26,774 nt of DNA, taken from NCBI GenBank assembly GCA_013817065.1, contig JACDDJ010000001.1, forward strand, positions 1 to 26,774, in the 5' to 3' direction. Below the pieces are notes generated by a model. That model was not told the origin of the DNA. It saw only the letters and a program-made list of their open reading frames with translations, and did not search any database. The DNA is from Acidobacteriota bacterium. GTDB lineage: Bacteria > Acidobacteriota > Vicinamibacteria > Vicinamibacterales > 2-12-FULL-66-21. How positions within the stretch are numbered: the first letter of the stretch is position 1; each line of letters opens with the position of its first letter. Below are positions 24,303-26,774 of the stretch, piece after piece. A program made the position numbers and the translations under genes.

Positions 24303-25304
24303 TTAACGGCGGATGTCGTGCCCGCCGTATGTCGTGAAATCGCGTTCCAGTTCGGCGGCGTGCGCCTCGTCGCGCGCGCGCGTGCCGAGGACGATCCCGC
24401 CGCTGCGGATGCCTTCGTCATACACTTTCGCGCGTTCTTCGGGAATGCCGGCGCCAATCAGCGCGCCGATCAATGTGCCCGCCGCACCGCCGGCGCCCGC
24501 GCCAGCAATGGCTCCAGCGAGCGGTCCAGCGACGACCAGGCCGATGCCCGGGATCGCGATCGAGGTCGCCGCCGCCAGCAGGCCGCCGAGGAGCGCACCG
24601 ACACTGATCCCGGCCGCGCCGCCCACGCCCGCGCCTTCCGCAGCTTTCGAACCCGTCTTGAACTCGGTGCCCGGTTTTACATCCCCGAAGTGGCGCTGTC
24701 GTGTCTCGTCCGACATCAGCACGCTCACATCGTCTGACTTGTACCCGTGCTTCGTTGTCAGGTCGTTGTAGGCACGGCCGGCGTGCTCGGGGTTGTCGTA
24801 GAGACCGGTGACGAGGTGCCGGTTGCTGTAGTCCGTGTCCGTCGTTCGGTACGGTGTGTCGGTTGTGCTGAGGGACGGCCGGTCGGGTCCGTTCAGGTCG
24901 ACGTCGTTTGCGGCCTGCCGCGCCCGGCCTGCAGCATTCTCCATCTCGCCTTCGCGTTCCATGCGATTGAGGCCCAGCAATGATCCGGCTCCATCCTTGG
25001 CCGCACCTTTGGCCCGTTGACCGGCGGCCGAGGCCTCTTCGGTCAGTGTCCCGGATCCGGAGCCTCGGCCTGACGAAACGCCGTCGTTGACAGTCCGTCC
25101 CTGGACCCCATCCGTCTCGTCGAAGACGTCATTGTTGGCCTGGCGCGCCCGGCCAGCGGCATTCTCGAGCTCGCCTTCGCGCTCGAGGCGGCGGTTTCCG
25201 GAGACGGACCCCAGCGCGTCCTTCGAGGCACCCTTGACTCGTTCGCCAGTCGCGGAAGTCTCTTCCTTCAAGGAATCATCGCGGCGCGAAAAATCGTCTG
25301 CCAT
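24303..25304 (-). CDS. General stress-type protein: two CsbD-like repeats fused to a glycine-zipper membrane domain
   Basis: Repeats KGASKDALGSVSGNRRLEREGELENAAGRARQA and KGAAKDGAGSLLGLNRMEREGEMENAAGRARQA; GLVVAGPLAGAIAGAGAGGAAGTLIGALIGAGIPEE. ATG 25304 has an AGGAGG RBS. Confidence 0.85.
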   Translation of the reverse strand: MADDFSRRDDSLKEETSATGERVKGASKDALGSVSGNRRLEREGELENAAGRARQANNDVFDETDGVQGRTVNDGVSSGRGSGSGTLTEEASAAGQRAKGAAKDGAGSLLGLNRMEREGEMENAAGRARQAANDVDLNGPDRPSLSTTDTPYRTTDTDYSNRHLVTGLYDNPEHAGRAYNDLTTKHGYKSDDVSVLMSDETRQRHFGDVKPGTEFKTGSKAAEGAGVGGAAGISVGALLGGLLAAATSIAIPGIGLVVAGPLAGAIAGAGAGGAAGTLIGALIGAGIPEERAKVYDEGIRSGGIVLGTRARDEAHAAELERDFTTYGGHDIRR

Positions 25305-25356
25305 TGCACACACCTCCTGGCGAACTCATGAAATACGGCTCGCGTACGGAAATCAA

Positions 25357-25372
25357 CGCAACTGCGCTGCCA
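25357..25372 (-). promoter_or_regulatory. Sigma54 -24/-12 element TGGCAGCGCAGTTGCG for the CsbD-repeat gene
   Basis: Exact GG-N10-GC with TGGCA and TTGC; predicted leader about 40 nt containing the RBS. Confidence 0.7.
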
Positions 25373-25434
25373 CTCCGAGCCCGGCAATTCCTGCGCTGGC
25401 GCGCGTCATGTAAACGGATCGTCGGAGGTTGCAC

Positions 25435-25947
25435 GTGAGAGATGAGCTGAAGAAGTTCTACGAGATGGCAGAGGCGATGGAGATCGCCATGATGACGACG
25501 CGCCGACCGGATGGCCACCTGGAGTCACGGGCGATGGGCACTCAGAAGTGGGCCTCGGGAGCCGACCTCTGGTTCGTGACGACCGAAAACACCGGCAAGC
25601 TGCGCGACATCGAGCATGACGCGCACGTCAACCTGTCGTACTACAAGGATCGGACACGTGAGTGGATCTCGGTCAGCGGCCTGGCGAAGAGCTCTCGCGA
25701 TCGTCAGAAGATCCACGAGTTGTACGCGGAAGACTGGAGGATCTGGTTTCCTGACGAGGGAGACTCACGCCACGGCACGCCTGACGATCCGCGGATGGTC
25801 CTGATCGGCGTCGACGTTCACGCTGCCGTGTTCCTCGAGGTCGACAAGCCGCAGCCTGTCGTCCTGTACGAGATGGCCAGGGGCTGGCTCACTGGCGACG
25901 ACCCTGACATCGGCAAGATGCACCACCTGAAGGATGCGCATCGCTAA
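25435..25947 (+). CDS. Pyridoxamine 5'-phosphate oxidase-like (split-barrel) general stress protein
   Basis: AMMTT...LESRAM...DLWFVT...VNLSY...WISVSG...IHELY...WF...DDPRMVLIGV. GTG 25435 has GGAGG 6 nt upstream. Confidence 0.9.
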   Translation: MRDELKKFYEMAEAMEIAMMTTRRPDGHLESRAMGTQKWASGADLWFVTTENTGKLRDIEHDAHVNLSYYKDRTREWISVSGLAKSSRDRQKIHELYAEDWRIWFPDEGDSRHGTPDDPRMVLIGVDVHAAVFLEVDKPQPVVLYEMARGWLTGDDPDIGKMHHLKDAHR

Positions 25948-25950
25948 GCG

Positions 25951-25968
25951 TTGACGGACAGCCGTCAA
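25951..25968. terminator. Hairpin/palindrome TTGACGG-acag-CCGTCAA just after the stress-protein stop
   Basis: Perfect 7-bp stem with no U-tract; it could alternatively be an operator. Confidence 0.4.
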
Positions 25969-26079
25969 GACCACCGACGCGGTTTGGAGCCATCGGGATG
26001 CTCGGCTACCCTGTAGTCGAGCCCTCGATTCCTGTCGGTTACATGTTCAACCTGAACCATATTTTCTCGAGCGTTGCTG

Positions 26080-26774
26080 ATGGCGTTGTCGCGCCGGAGT
26101 GAAGAAGGCCACCGCTGCTCGTCTCTTTGAACGACGCGGTGCGATCCTCGCGAGACGCCGAAGAAGTGATGTGGGCGGTCGTGACGCGCGCCGGCCGCCA
26201 CTTCCAGGTGAGCCGATGCACGTATGGTGAGATCGACGCCGCCGAGGGGTACGTACTCGTCGTGCGCGACTATGTGGACGGCGCCAACAGCATTGCCGGC
26301 CGCCACCGTCTCGACGACTTCGGGCCTGAGTTGATTGCTGACTTGCGACGCGGCCGAACCGCCGTCATCCCCGATCTCCGCACCGATCCGCGTACCGCTG
26401 AGCATGCCGATGCCTTCGCCAGCATCCAGGCTCACTCGCTCATCTGCGTGCCGCTCGTAAAGGACGGCAAATTGGTCGCGCTCTTCGTGTTCCATCATAA
26501 GGAGCCGCGCGAATGGACCGATTACGAAGGCTCGCTCGCGGAGCAGATCGCGGAACGCACCTGGTTCCTCGTCGAGAACGTCCGGGCGGTGGCCTTGCTG
26601 CGGGAGAGCCGCGATGTGCTGTCGCTGGCAATGCGCGGCGGCCGCATGGGCGCCTGGTCGCTCAACATGGTGACCAGGGAGGTGTGGTGGAGTCGCGAGC
26701 TGGAGGAGCTGTTTGGTCTCGAGCCGGGCGGCTTCGAGGGGAGCCAGACGGGCTTCCGCAGGTTCGTCCAAGAC
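26080..26774 (+). CDS. GAF + PAS sensor protein (probably a histidine kinase), 3'-partial, with an apparent 1-nt frameshift near 26115; not in the ORF track
   Basis: The frame from 26115 reads LLVSLNDA...SRCTYGEID...RHRLDDFG...SLICVPLVKDGKL...PREWTDYE...IAERTW (GAF), then GRMGAWSLNMVTREVWWSRELEELFGL (PAS). ATG 26080 gives MALSRRSEEGHR in the adjacent frame. Confidence 0.85.

Noticed and set aside
25965-26771. 268-aa minus-strand ORF
   Set aside because: Antisense shadow of the GAF-PAS gene.

Overview
High-GC bacterial chromosomal window. The gene content (PadR plus an orphan duplicated MacB-type permease, membrane Ser/Thr kinases with TPR or TolB-like ectodomains, a TonB fusion, a PQQ-type propeller, DUF4159) points by inference to Acidobacteriota, probably Vicinamibacteria. 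No rRNA, tRNA, CRISPR array or transposase was found. Most genes belong to known families: rhomboid, yhbY, selO, DoxX, ybjQ, an M16 peptidase pair, two DinB proteins, VOC, ycaQ, cupin, rsbQ, general-stress proteins and a GAF-PAS sensor. Three things stand out. (1) At the left edge, a membrane Ser/Thr kinase with a TPR ectodomain is followed by two paralogous, N-terminally anchored or secreted two-Cys proteins sharing an EDRPAMIVRxGSxIF motif. One is absent from the ORF track, and a rhomboid protease lies upstream; this is a candidate receptor-ligand module. (2) Two unlisted Pro-rich microproteins 14 kb apart (MTNTPVPQP..., MTTNTPNPQP...) each sit 12-13 nt behind a sigma54-type GG-N10-GC element. 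Two more such elements precede a candidate sRNA and a CsbD-repeat stress gene. (3) At least four abrupt deletion junctions and many single-base indels occur, so several apparent pseudogenes may be long-read or assembly artefacts rather than biology. All calls come from reading the sequence and recalled family motifs; no searches were run.
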